A DNA stretch of 64,000 nt from Ruditapes philippinarum. Its lineage: Eukaryota. Below the pieces are notes generated by a model. It searched no databases and had not been told where the DNA came from. It was given only the letters and a program-made list of their open reading frames with translations. The translations under genes were made by a program, and so were the position numbers. Of the stretch, positions 12,841 to 25,756 are shown one piece after another. The DNA lies in assembly GCF_026571515.1 (NCBI RefSeq), contig NW_026857880.1, positions 186,001-250,000 on the forward strand. Direction: 5' to 3'. How positions within the stretch are numbered: position 1 is the first letter of the stretch; each line of letters begins with the position of its first letter.

Positions 12841-14920
12841 CTTCCCAGAATTAAAGTAAAAACAGTTTTGTTACTGGCCCAAAATATAGGAGACGTATTG
12901 CGTAGGTATTGCACTTAACCCGCAGGTAGATAATTTATAATTTCAAAAGTCATGTTATTTGCAAGCGTTGAAGGGAGTCAACATTTAACAATTGCCTAAT
13001 TCATGACAAAATGTGACTGTAAATACGAAATAGTGTGTATAAGTTTATGACCATACTAATAAAATCAAAGCAGACGATTCCAATAAGGTCTTGGCGTACT
13101 ATGTTCTAACTAAGGCATATATAAAGTTCTTATAAAAAGTTAAGGAACTCTTCTATTATTTTTTACACAAAAGAAATAAGTATTAATTGATCGCACTCCA
13201 GTTACGGCAACGTCTGCCAGGGATGAAAAAAATGCATCACAGCATGCTAATTAATTGACTCATTTTTTCTTAGGTTAAATTACTGTGAGGTAACGATAGA
13301 ACTAATAAAATAGTTTAATTCAGATGCTATTCGTTAATTTTTTCTCGGGTTTCATAATGTGACGACAGGGAAAGTATTTTTCTTTTTGCCTATGAAATAA
13401 ATGTGAAAGACATCAAATCACTCGGCAATCTGACTTTAACTCGGGGTGTAGTTCCTTCGCACAAATCAGATAACATAGTGTTTACTCAATGACTGTACAT
13501 TTCTTGGCTCTTAAAATATGTTTGACTACCTCAAACAATTTGTATAGAATAGAAAGGCCTTTTTTATAAATATGAATAACAGCATGCACATGATATTACG
13601 TGCATATAAATTGTAACTTACTTTGTTCAATGATATTTTTCTCTTAATATCAAACGTCAGTATACATGTATAGCTGAATCACCAACACATGTTGTGAAAA
13701 CAAATGATGTTGCTTTTCGCTTCAAAATACAAAGAAAAACAAATGGTAACACTTTGTTATCCATTGATATTTCGAATCATACATGTATCATATGTTTACA
13801 TTAGACATGAAAGATATATAATATGCCCATTTCAATAACAAAATTACAGTACTATAAATTGATGCAACTTGTATAGCCATCTTTTAACACCTTTTACTTT
13901 GCTGCAATTGAAAATGATTTACCATTGCCACCATTATATATAGAAACAAACAAGCTTACATTAGCCTGGGATTCAGGCGTTGATATTTTTTTTGCTTATT
14001 CATTACTTACGCGCTATTTCATACTCGATCGACATAGATAACACCACATCGTGTCGATTTTCTGAACAGAAGCACATAAAAAATCGACAGACTGGAACCG
14101 AGGCTAAGCTTACATGACAGTACAGTGTGACCATACATTATACCAATTTCAAATTTTCATATTGTTTGATAAAGGACAGTTTTAAAAATGAATCGAATAA
14201 CTATGGTAGAAGTATTTATTTTCATTTATTTTGATAAATAAATTGTTTGTACTTCTTAATGTCATTTTAAATCAACAAAAGAAAAAAACAAAAATAAACA
14301 TATAATGAAATTAAGTTCAAAAGATATGTTTTTAGGATAAACATATACATGTACACTATAACAACATGGAACATTCATGGCCACATGTAACAGCTTGACT
14401 GATAAACACCTGAAGCACGCAACATTTGACGTCAATATAGAGGAAACATGTTGTAATGTTTTTGTTTTTTAATGTAAAAACATTTTCATACTAAAACATG
14501 TTGTTTAATGATAAGTGTATTCAATAAAACTTAAAATTCCATATTTCCTAATTAGCTTTCGCTCAAACGGAAATAAATCATTTATCCGGTAATCTACAGA
14601 AACTAAGAAAATAAAACACATATGAAGCATCATGTTTAAATTTTAATATTTGACAAGTGTCTGCTTTGATTTTTCTCCTGATAAAGATTTCTATTTAAAT
14701 CTATTAGTTTTGAAGTCCATTTATTATAAGACAAAGCATAAACTGGTCGTGTTATAATTAATAAATTTCAGATTTGACATGAATTTCTACTGATCTGTTT
14801 TAATCTATGCATATGTTAAGTAGTTGATAAAAGAAGGCAAATCATGTTTTTTTTTCACTTTCACTTCACTACATGTGGAATAAACCGAATACCATCTTTT
14901 CTGAAAGAAAACATATATAG

Positions 14921-17230
14921 TTACAGACTGATCTTATGGGACAGACCAAGCGACGATTCTAGACCAAGCTTAATGATATCAAGTTTCGAACTGTCCTCAC
15001 TAGTTGAGAAAAGGACCCACGCCTGCGTCAACACTTTGATTGGAACCTTCCCATTTACCTGTTTTTCTCCTCTAAATATTGCTTTCACTTGGTCGATATA
15101 TTCATAAGTCCCAGATGTTGCAGCAAACACAAATTCATCCTCAGTCAGAAAACATTTTCCGTTAATATCATAAATAGAATAGATAACGTCACCACACTTT
15201 TGCATTTTCTCTCCAAACGCCTTTTGATTGGCTTGGAAATCTTTGCTGTTCATGTCAACAAACTCTTGTTCCGTTATAGCACTTCGTTTTCCTCGAAAGA
15301 TGTAATCTTTATACATCAATTTCAGGTTTTGTTGCAACTTCTTCTTCTGTTTCAGATCGAAAAGATGACTTTCAGCAAACCTTTCCCTAAATAATAAAAG
15401 AGGTTTGATATTTAAAAGAGAGTCCAAAATTAAATATACATTGTATGAGTATTTTCAAAAGATATATATTGAAGGCTCATCTGTCTATATTTGATGTTTT
15501 ATACATTGAATTTATTATATGCATTCTTATCAGCTATACCTAGTAACACTCAGTGTGTATACATTGAAACAAGATATAGTCTTTTCAAAATTATTACTAA
15601 AGACTGTTAAATAAAAGTGTACACAGCTCAATTTTCAATAAATTAGGCATTAATCAAAACATGTTCTGTCTTAAAAAATGTAAGCTCTTGTTCTGATTTA
15701 AACAGTATTCAGTATTCTCCAATTTTATAGTGATCTTTAGTTGATATGGTACCAAATATATACAAAACAATAACACTCAATACAACAAAAAAACAAGTCA
15801 TACCGAAGATGAATCATTTTTATTGTTACAGAAATAAAGTAATAAAGAGCTGTCACACAAGTGAAGAATGCCCCCGAAAAGGTTTCTTAAGCATGCAGGT
15901 ATTATGAAAAGAAAAAAGAATGAAAGTAACTAATTTCTTAATATTGTTCTTTGTATTTTTGTACCAATAATCTCTGTTATAGCATGAACATTCAAACTTT
16001 AAGTGTGACCTTGACCTTTGAAGAAGGGACGTGGTTTTTAGACGCGACAGAATGTTGTCATGAGATAGACATTTGTGCCAAATTATTTTAAAATCCCTCA
16101 ATACATGACAAAGTTACAGTCTGGACATGATTGTAAGTTGGGACACACGGACGGACAGACGGACATGAGCCTTAGCCGCGACACATTGTTTTGGTGTGGT
16201 AGATATTTGTTCCCAGATATTTTAAAATCCTTCCATTCATGACAAAGTTACAGTCCGGACATGAATGTGTATCTTCGACAATGAGTACCTTTAAACTATA
16301 AGTGTGACCTTGACCTTGAAGGTAGGAACATGAGTGGTAGTCGCAACATGTTGTCTTGATGTGGTAGAAATGTATGCCTAGTTATTAAAAAAAATTCTTC
16401 GATGCATGACAAAGACAAATGTATAGTTCGGACACGAATGTGTGTACCTATAGACTCTAATTGGGATAAAGTGAACTTCAAAGAGGTAGTGTGACCTTGA
16501 CCTTTGAGGTAGGGCGTGATTTTTGGACGCTACATATCGTCTTGATGTGGTAGACATTTATGCCAAGTTCTAAAAATTCTTCCATGCATGACAAAGTTAC
16601 AGTCCGGACACAAATGTGTGTACCTAACTCTTATTGTGATGAAGTGAAACTTCAACATGTTAATGTGACCTTGACCTTTGATGTAGGGACGTAATTTTGA
16701 AACGCGACACATTGTCTTGATGTGGTATACATTTGTGTTATTTAAAAATCCCTTAATGTATGACAAAGTTACACGAATGACGTGGGGACGCACAGATGGA
16801 CGGACAGACAGACATACTATTTGTATGCCCCCTTCGGGGGCATACAAATAGTAATAATTTATATAGTCTGAGTGAACACATTCTTTATGTCTTGACAGTA
16901 CCAGCAGGATGACTTCAAGTGGCTTAAAGTTATCTTCGCCTGATTTACTGTCTGACTGTAGACTTCAGTGGTAGATCTATTATATGCCGAGGAGCTGAGC
17001 AAAAGTAGACTACCAAATGAAACTGAAGGACAGGGGTGTTACAATGAATAGGAAATATTTCAAGGAATCTGCAAAGATAATCTTAAAGGGATAGCAAGAA
17101 AGGCTTTGTTATTAGAAAATTAATTTTACCCTTCTTCTAACTTGTCTTCCAGGTGTATTTTACCATCTTGTCTCACATCCACTGCCTGGAACCACAGCCG
17201 CCATTTGTATTGCAAATATTCGTTTGCCAT
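14921..17230 (-). CDS. Sarcoplasmic calcium-binding protein-like EF-hand protein (SCP-A), 2 coding exons, 188 aa
   Basis: Exon 17230-17130 (MANEYLQYKWRLWFQAVDVRQDGKIHLEDKLEE, GG|gt, phase 2) joins exon 15386-14921 (ttag|G GAA AGG) in frame. EF-hand loops DVRQDGKIHLED and DINGKCFLTEDE; KW..WF...D...DG N-terminus typical of the SCP family. Confidence 0.85.
15845..16845. mobile_element. Helentron/HINE-like non-autonomous element in the SCP-A intron
   Basis: Starts aagagctgtc...atgccccc; internal tandem units with gtgaccttgacc; (ggac/agac)n microsatellite; terminal hairpin atgcccccttcgggggcat next to an A-tract. Confidence 0.75.
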
Positions 17231-20200
17231 AAAACTACAAATCTAAAAAGAAACATATAACATCAATGATTTTTAAAGTTGAAAAACAATATGTAACATA
17301 TTTTACCATTTAACTGCTCAATTTGTTATAAGTGTTTTCCCTGCTTTTAATTTTGAACGGCCAAATTATTATTTTTGCATGTTTCTTACATGTGCATATG
17401 AATTGTATTTGATTATATATCAAGCCCGGTGCAAAAACAAAAACAAACAAAAACAACAACAAAAAAAAAACTCAACTATAAGTCATTTGATAAAAATGTA
17501 TTTTGAGTATAATTTCTCCATAGCTATATTTATTCTTAGTGTTGTCCAGTAGGATTGCAGTTGTGATCAAAGTGATAAACCAAACTAAGTGCATGCAATT
17601 ATATATATGTACATTATTATATAATACAATTTTCAAACATAGAAAAATATGTAAAATATGTACTGCAATGTATTATATGAAATCACCTAAATATATGCAT
17701 TCATTTCTTATTGTAAAATTTGACTTAAACTTTATAGAAAATAATTTTTTATTACCTCCCTTTATTTACATGAAATGTTAATTTCGGTATTATCTTTATA
17801 AATAATGCTTTTGGAACTAACAATATTGATAAATCTTAATTTGAGCATCATATTAATTATTCAAAACCATAAAAAATTGTGTTACAGGATCTTTAATTTG
17901 ACTGTTCATAAAAGTAATTTGATTTAAAACACTTATAAACTTTAACCTATACATATTTGAATGACTGAATTAATAAACATATAAAATTATATATGAAGAT
18001 AATTTACAATAATCAAATTTATCTATTCATTTACATAATATTAGCTCAGACGTGCACCTCAGATAACAGATAAAAATGGAAGCTCTACCTACTCGTTGAG
18101 TCATGTAACCCTTAATCTACAGAACCGAAGTGAGCAGACCGTACCAACAAAGAATCAGGTCAGTATTTACAAAGATTTATGAAAATTAACGGGAAATTTC
18201 AAATTTTTCACACACTAGGTCAGAAATTCACGAATAATTCATGAAGTCTATTTTCACGAAATTTAAGTGACGCAAAAAAATTCCCAATCTGCAGTAAGCT
18301 GATAAAGGAATCATGTAAACATGTGCGGTAATAATTTGATATGGAATTTGTCTTTCGGGCGATCTTTTAAAAGCCAAAGTCTTATAAGATAAATATTTTA
18401 CTGTAAAGTAGTGTAATGTTAAATTTGTAAGACAATCAAAAACCCATATCTTTGTAAGACAAATGTAGGAGGGTAAGTGATTCATTCAACCAACCGGACC
18501 AACCCCTCTCTACCGACCCACTTTATAAAATCCCCTCCCCCATTCCATACGAATGGCTTTTATACAAATGTCATAAACAAAAGTTATTTATCATTGCCAA
18601 ACATAACTAAAACAGTTACCTGTAACTTCCACACTGATTAAAATCCATCCGATAAAAGTCTCCCCGACACATTTAATGACCCTAGATAACATGACCCGAG
18701 AAAATGTTTACCTCATCGGACTTAAACATGTAAATAAATTTTCAATTGACAAATGAATATATATGGATTATCTACACTTATAGATTATCCTACGTGAAGT
18801 AAATTAAAACACATACAAGTTTAAACATGTTAAATACAAATAACAAAAATATAAAAAAATAAAAAACTCATAAAAAACAAAATTAATATTGTTCTGTATA
18901 TGACTATCAATTATACAGCATTCATAGTCATAATTATAGTCCCTTATCTGATATTATAAGCAATAAAAAATAGGAGTGGCATTCTAGTGATGCTGATTAC
19001 AAAACAAAGGGGGTGGGGGTTACATATGATAAATTATTTTACTTCAGTTTAAACATAATCAGAGACCAAAACTTATCATCAAGATTGTCTCCAAAATAAA
19101 AATAAGTAAATGAAAACCTTCCAAACAAATGCCAAATGTAAAGTTTTAATCAATACCTTCAATACTTTTTTTCAAATTATTGTTTGGGTAGATATTAAAA
19201 GTAATGTCGTCATTTGTTTCCTTTCACTATTTTTTTATAAATATGTGAAATTTAAATAGATAGTCTAGAAGTTAAACTCCTAACAAGCATTAACATTACA
19301 TTTACCGAATCACAAAGGGAGGTAATTGAAAAAATTAACGTAGAAATATTATAGTTCTTGGACATTGCCCTTCCTCTCACTTATCATTTTTCTTGCGTGA
19401 AGTTTTTCTTCAATTACTTTGATTGCGTAAAATTTAAATCAAATTCCTTCCATACTTTTCAAGTTAGAGTATGACGTACGGACGAACTTACAAACCGACA
19501 AGACGCCGACTATTATGCTCTAGTCATAGTTGCGTCAGTCTTCTCTTAAGTAAATAAGGAATTTTAGCCTAAAAGTACCGACATATATCCACATGAATAC
19601 AAATAAGAAATAGCTATCGCAACTTCTCGATACATTGAGCCTTTTGTCTGCTACATTACTAACTAAACATAAATTTTATGGTAGTCAGTCTTATACAGAT
19701 GAAATATTTATGATATTTATGATTTATAAATACTGTTCCTACATGCATGTACATAGACAAAAAGTAAAGCTTTCGTGCAAACAGTTATCGATAATTAAAT
19801 CTATTACAGAATAGATCCTAAAAAGTATTGAATTTTTACAGATATTGAGAAAATTAAAATATAATCGTTTTTAGAAAACATTACGATATTTTTTTACGAT
19901 ATTCGAACAAAAAAATATCCTAGATTTTTACTGATGCCTCTTAAATACTGTATTTTACATATCGTCGGTTGGGAGTCAAAAGGTCGTAACTCATTTCAAG
20001 AAATTTTACAGGAGACCACTTTTTTCTACTTGTTAGCTTACAGTAAAACATTTAGCCTTGTGTTTAAAGATAAACAATATTCACCAGATGCGCATATGAA
20101 TAACGTATAATGTTTGCCTACCCGTATTATTCAAGGGCCATAACTATGAGATACGATGTTTTGTCAAATTCTAAGACCGAGTTACGACATTTTACACTTA

Positions 20201-20299
20201 TACTTACATGTAATAAATGAATGTTTTGATTAATATGCTTGCTGTTTTGTTATTAATTATTCATGCCTTACTAAATAAAACTATTAAATATAGGTGAAA

Positions 20300-20530
20300 T
20301 TCCAATTTTGAGGTTTTATGTCCGTTCTTAACAATCTTGCAGTCCTACAGGCGGGTAGATTCCAAACCAGCTTTCTTGGAAAGTACAAGTTCTAGAATCC
20401 CTTCAACACACAGTAATAAATGTTCTCAAAGAAAGATCCATGGTTGGTAGCTAGGCTCCAACCTATGACCCCCAGTCGGCGTGAGAAACTGCAGTGATTT
20501 CATGTGGGTGACCTTGATGCGGTTGTAGTA
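20300..20530 (-). mobile_element. Degenerate SINE-like fragment inside the Sola1 element
   Basis: Resembles the reverse-oriented SINE fragments elsewhere in the window (ggctccaacct...gtgatttc...gacctt head region). Confidence 0.35.
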
Positions 20531-20575
20531 CCAGAAAAACATATCATTTCAAGTTTTAATTGGTCAAAATTAAAG

Positions 20576-21045
20576 CCATCCGTATTACAGTATCAAAGTT
20601 TTATTCAAACTGAGCAACAAATAACCGAACATTTTGTTTTAGTACAGTAACACAGTTATAACACAATATGAACTGCACTAAAAAACAGTAAAAGAAACAC
20701 TCCGTGCTATAAAGACTGTCCGCCTTAGAGTCATCCGTATTAAAGAATCAAAGTTTTATTCAAACTGATCAACAAATAGCCAAACATTTTGTTTTAATGC
20801 AGTAACACAATTATAACACAATATGAACTGTACTACAATACAGTAAAAGAAACACTCCGTGCTATGAAGATTCAGCCTTGGAGTCATCCGTATTACAGTA
20901 TTAAAGTTCTATTCAAACTGATCAACAAATAACCGAAAATTTTGTTTTAATACAGTAACACAATTTTAACACAATATGAACTGTAATACAAAACAGTAAA
21001 AGAAACACTTTGTCTTATAACGACTGTCAGCCTTAAAGTCATACA
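20576..21045. repeat. Three ~153-bp tandem repeats in the Sola1 region downstream of the transposase
   Basis: Units beginning g(t/c)catccgtatt at ~20576, ~20730 and ~20883, each containing tattcaaactga and aacacaatatgaactg. Confidence 0.9.
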
Positions 21046-21286
21046 AGATTAAGTTTTTCATTTTCAGCATTAATGATTTCTTGCAAATAAAAAAAAATCA
21101 TATTCATTTAGAACATTATGATATGGCACAACATACTCACAACTAAACATAAAACATGTACTATAATAATAAAACTGGCCGGAATTCAGAACTTAAGGCT
21201 GCAACGATATGAATGTACTGAACATGGAGCAAACATACTATAATTATGTATACATCTGCAATCGCTCTTCAAAAATCCTTTCACAA

Positions 21287-23994
21287 TTAATAGCTAAGGT
21301 TGTCGTAGAATCCATGAAAATCTCGAGGTATCACACTTTTGAGCTCTTGAAGATGTTCATACTTGGACGCCTTTATTTTCAGGGGACCGTCATGCAGCTG
21401 CGCTGGTTCATCGTGTAGGTAGGTGTAGTCAGTTTTTCGTGCCTTGCGGGGGAAATCTGTTAATTGGCCGTCGAATGAGAGCTTGTATTGTACAGTCCCA
21501 TCTGGGTTGCAATGCAATACGCGCAGATCAGTTACCACTGGATCTCCTACTTTACTTCCTGGCCTTATTGACGAGTAATAAGATAGCTCAGAATACTTCC
21601 TGAAGAAACTATTATCTACATAATGAACTGTATAGGGCTGACTTGGTCTGGCAGAAGCTAATGAGTCAACATAGTTTTGGGGCACATAGATATTCTTGTT
21701 TTTAATTTTTCTCTCCACAACACTGTGCACCGCATCTACTTCTATTTGGGTGTGACCCTTTTCTAAATATTTTTGTGTTATTTCAATTCCAATTTTTTTA
21801 GATATGTGGCATAATGTATTTGTAAGTATACTGTTTCTATTCTGATATCCACAGCCATCGCTAAACACTATTACATGTTTAATGGCACTGTCCTTTAACA
21901 CAGCAGATTCAATGTAACTAGCAACACAACTAGCAAATGAGTTTGCGGATAAATCACCTTCACCCTCATGCCAAAAAAAGCATGTAACTTCATTAGTTGC
22001 CAGATCGAAAATCGTGAAATTGTGACACGCCAGTTTAGTTTTGTAATATAACGCACTTGCATTAAGTCTTGGTGACAAAAGCACAGACTGCAGGTCCATG
22101 GTTATTACTCTAATAGAAGTATCGGATTGTGCTAGTTCTTTATCTCGATCTTTTTCTGCTCTTGCAGCAGTTTTTCTCTGTTGATGAGCCTCAAACTGCT
22201 CATCAGATATGGAACCAACCTGATGGCCACAACAAACATCACACTGATCCTTCTTCGGTTTATATAGTCCCAAATTCATTCGTGAAAATTTTTCCTCCAC
22301 AAGGCGTCTACTGGCTATTTTGTCAACACATTGTCTTTTATATTCATTATACAAGGCACTAAACGTATCGAATACTGGCTCAAGATACCGCTTAGTACTA
22401 TAGATGACCGGCAATAATGAGATTCCATTTTCGGCAGCGATAAGAGAAAGTTACGAACACTTTCTCTCAAAGCACTATGCCTTTCAGCTTGAGCTCGCTT
22501 GCGTCCCTCTGTAGGAATTAAAAAGACATGTAGAATATTAAAAATGAAATTATTTACAGCACAATTACAGTACAGAAACAGTATGTTCACAAATATCACT
22601 TTTTGCTCGTGTAAGTATTGTGCATTTCTTGATTAATTCTTATTAGAAGTATAATCAATGATGCAATATGAAGTATAATTATGTATGTCTGTGATATTGC
22701 TATTGATGTATCTTGATCCATATAATATTTTTGTGATATCTTGTGAATGTGATCGTGTGATTCTGGTGATATTTGTTTTTGATACTTTTCCTATGATAAA
22801 TATGTTTTTACATTGATGTCTTTCTGTCTGTGATATTCTCCTGTCTGTGATATTACTTTATATAATTTACCTATATCATTTTAAGTGTTTTTAAACTATA
22901 TAATATATTTATTGTAAATTAAATGTATGCATTATAAATTGAATATTTTTACAATAATTATTTATACCTGATGATGTCGATTTCTCAGGAATACCAGAAG
23001 TTGAGTTGTTTACCCATCCATAGACTGTTCTCTCGCCAATTCCAAGCGTCGATAGAAACATATTTTTGCAGACGCGCACCCTCTCGCCATCTACTAGTAG
23101 AAAATACCTAAAGCTCTGACTTCTTCTACTGTTTTCTACAGTTTTTACATTGACCGCTTCTGACCCTACAAGTGAGTTTACATAAACTTTTCTTCCATCC
23201 CACGTCATGTTTTTCCAAAAATTTGAGAATATGATTTTTCTGTTATTTTCTGTAATCTTAGCACATTGTTTAACGCCTGGTTTTTTACATCGCTTGGAAC
23301 AATTGCTTTGTGTCAGAATGCGTTCTGGTTTTTCCTCCTGAAGACCCCATTTGCCGTCAACCTTTTTCAGACCTTTGTATTTTTCTCCTTCCATGCGGAG
23401 ACGTTTTGCAGTTTTCCTTTTACATTCTGGTTTCTTCTTTGCTCGTTTCTGTGGTGCATTTACATCGGTTTCAACATTTGTATTGGTTTCAACAACTTCC
23501 TCGTGATCTATGACATCACTGTTATCAGAAGACGAATCACCCGAGTCCCGTTGCAGCTCATAGTCAGGGTCATATAACGTATCATCAAAATCATAGAATT
23601 TCTCCTCCTCCAATTCAGTGGCTATGAGCTCGCTAACATCTTGTAATTGAGAATCGGCATATTCAAAACTACTCAAAACACTTAAACCTTGATTAATCAC
23701 TTTGCCAACATTTTCTACGTTTGCATCTTGAGCAGGTAATTGTCTACAATTTTCAGCTGAATCCTTACATTCTGCATCAATATTATTATTATCGGCTTTC
23801 AATTCACTCTTATCAGCAACATTTTCTACTTCAAAATCAGCAGGTAGTTGAGTACAGTCTTTGGAAGAATCTATGCATTCTGCATCATTTATTGTGTAGT
23901 CACTGAAATTGTTATTATCGTCAGTTAATTCACTTCTTTTAGATTGTTTCTGTAAGGATAACTGAAGTAATAGTTTACCTCTAGACAACGCCAT
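21287..23994 (-). pseudogene. Sola1-type DDE/D transposase, 2 exons, ~748 aa if repaired; one frameshift
   Basis: Exon 23994-22968 (MALSRGK..., TCAG|gt) and exon 22508-21287 (cctacag|AG), phase 1. Motifs RVCKNMFLSTLGI, ESHYCR, PKKDQCDVC, MDLQ, YYKTKLACHNF, WHEGEG, SDGCGYQNRN, GHTQIEVDAVH. The frame breaks at TATA 22399-22402, between ESHYCRSS and STKRYLE. Confidence 0.85.
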
Positions 23995-23995
23995 C

Positions 23996-24328
23996 TTAAA
24001 AGTTTGTTGCACTTCTACCTGGCTCGCACTTAGGGCAATGGATGCCGTTTTCTCTCAAATCCTCAAAGTGAGACTGATTTAAGTGTTCGTCAGGAAATGT
24101 TGGGTGAATGCAATGTATATGATAGTATCTTGAACATTCTTCAAAGAGACATCTAACGTAGAACGTACCGTCTGGTAATGTAAGTAAAAATGGTCCTACA
24201 TTAACAATTTGCTGAAGTAAAAATATTAAGCTATTGAAATCGGGTTTGTACTGACAAACGTGGCACTTGTAAGATTGAATATTCGTCTCTGATACTGATT
24301 CCGTGTCACTTTCACCGGAGTAAGACAT
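23996..24328 (-). CDS. PHD-finger (C4HC3) protein encoded inside Sola1, upstream of the transposase, 110 aa
   Basis: C-x2-C-x34-C-x4-C-x4-H-x2-C-x24-C-x2-C (CHVC...CLFEECSRYYHIHC...CPKC); strong splice acceptor tctttttcag 2 nt before the ATG; stop codon 1 nt before the transposase ATG. Confidence 0.75.
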   Translation of the reverse strand: MSYSGESDTESVSETNIQSYKCHVCQYKPDFNSLIFLLQQIVNVGPFLLTLPDGTFYVRCLFEECSRYYHIHCIHPTFPDEHLNQSHFEDLRENGIHCPKCEPGRSATNF

Positions 24329-25308
24329 CCCTGAAAAAGATAAATGTGCAATAGATATTATTTTGTCTTTTAAATTGTCTCAGAAATAATACATCAAATA
24401 TCTATATAGCGACAAAAAGTCGTATCTCGATTTTAGCAAAAAAACAATAACAGTGCAAAATGTTGTATCTCATGTTTTGATTTTAAATTTCATTTTTATA
24501 GGTAAACGTCAATATACAAATGTGAATAGCAAGCATATTTAAAGACTTAGTATGGTGTGTTGTGAAATATTCCTTCAAAATGTCTGTGGTGAAATGAATG
24601 CATTTCAGAAATTGAAAAATATCCCACTCACATTAGCATCCCAAAGCCAGTAGCAATTAATTCATATTTATTTGCACATGACTGTGACATACGAAGAGCA
24701 TTTAATGACTAAAGCACCTTAACACAGCTTATGTACTAATAACAGTTTAATATAATGATAAAAAGCATACCTTTCCATCCAAATGTTTGCGCTCTTCAGA
24801 AAATTTTGAGATACGATGTTTTGACCGGGAAAAAAATAGACCAATTGTAATACGACATTTCGTCATGTGCCTGTACTGAAAAAACTGATTGGCCTAGAGT
24901 TACAACAATTAAACATAAAATCGGGCATCACTTTACAAAACTATATAAATCAAAAGGTCATTTTCCAAAAATATCGGAGTTACGACCTTTTGACTCCCAA
25001 CCGACGATATATATACCTATATAACAATATTATATAACAATTGAACCAAAAAGAGCCTAAAAGTAAACAAATACTAATCTCTCCTAGATAAAGTGAAATG
25101 TTTACAATAAATTGTGCTTCAATTTTGCATCTTAAAAAAAAATAAACATATTTTGAATACCAATATTAATGTTTAAGAACTCAAAATGCAATTCTTCTTT
25201 TTTTATCTTTTTTTTCTTTCTTTTTTTTGATGGGGGCAGGGGGGTCTTTTTTTAAATGATTTTGTTTGTTTATGTATGCATTACTTGTTATGCTGTGTAT
25301 ATTTTCAG

Positions 25309-25756
25309 GGAGGCATTTGTCAAACTTGCCCATCTAGAAGGCAAACGCAAAGATGAGGTCCTTGAGACGTCACATAGACTGTGGAATAATTTCATTTTCC
25401 GAGGGAAACCCGGACCAATTACTGAACAAGAATTCATTGATATGACGAACAATGAGTATAAAGAAGATAGGCGTAAGTTTACAGAGAAGGTCAGAAAAGA
25501 TTGTACGGATGATGTGAGTTGTTTCGACTATAAGAAACAAGGCTTTGTTACCGAGGAAGAGTTTTTGACAGGGTGTAAGGCGGCTGGTATGGAGAATGAA
25601 CAATGGAACAAGGATTTCTTCCGAATCTTCAACCCCGTTGAAGGGAAGATCGAAGTCAATGTCATGGTTGAAGCGTGGGTTAGGTTTCTTACGGAAGAGG
25701 ACAGCTCTAAAAAGGATTTGATAATGGAATGTCTACAGACAGGAGATAACGCTTGA
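25309..25756 (+). CDS. SCP-like EF-hand paralog (SCP-B), terminal exon only; first coding exon not found
   Basis: Acceptor attttcag|G GAG (phase 2, same as SCP-A); open to TGA; shares IFRGK, ITEQEF.DM, TE.EF, AWV.F and EDSSK.D motifs with SCP-A; EF loop DYKKQGFVTEEE. Confidence 0.75.

Larger units (their letters stand above)
19963..25006 (-). mobile_element. Sola1-type DNA transposon, full length (5,044 bp)
   Basis: Perfect 30-bp TIR CGTCGGTTGGGAGTCAAAAGGTCGTAACTC (19963-19992 and 24977-25006); ATAT on both flanks (AWWT-type 4-bp TSD); encodes a transposase with Sola1-type motifs. Confidence 0.9.

Noticed and set aside
22129-23906. Plus-strand ORFs within the transposase region
   Set aside because: Antisense shadows of the transposase coding sequence.
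24771-24778. ATG GAA AG|gtatgc micro-exon as the start of the PHD ORF
   Set aside because: Splicing to the 24330 acceptor is out of frame with the PHD ORF (gives MERDVLLR-stop); at most a uORF in a 5' UTR exon.
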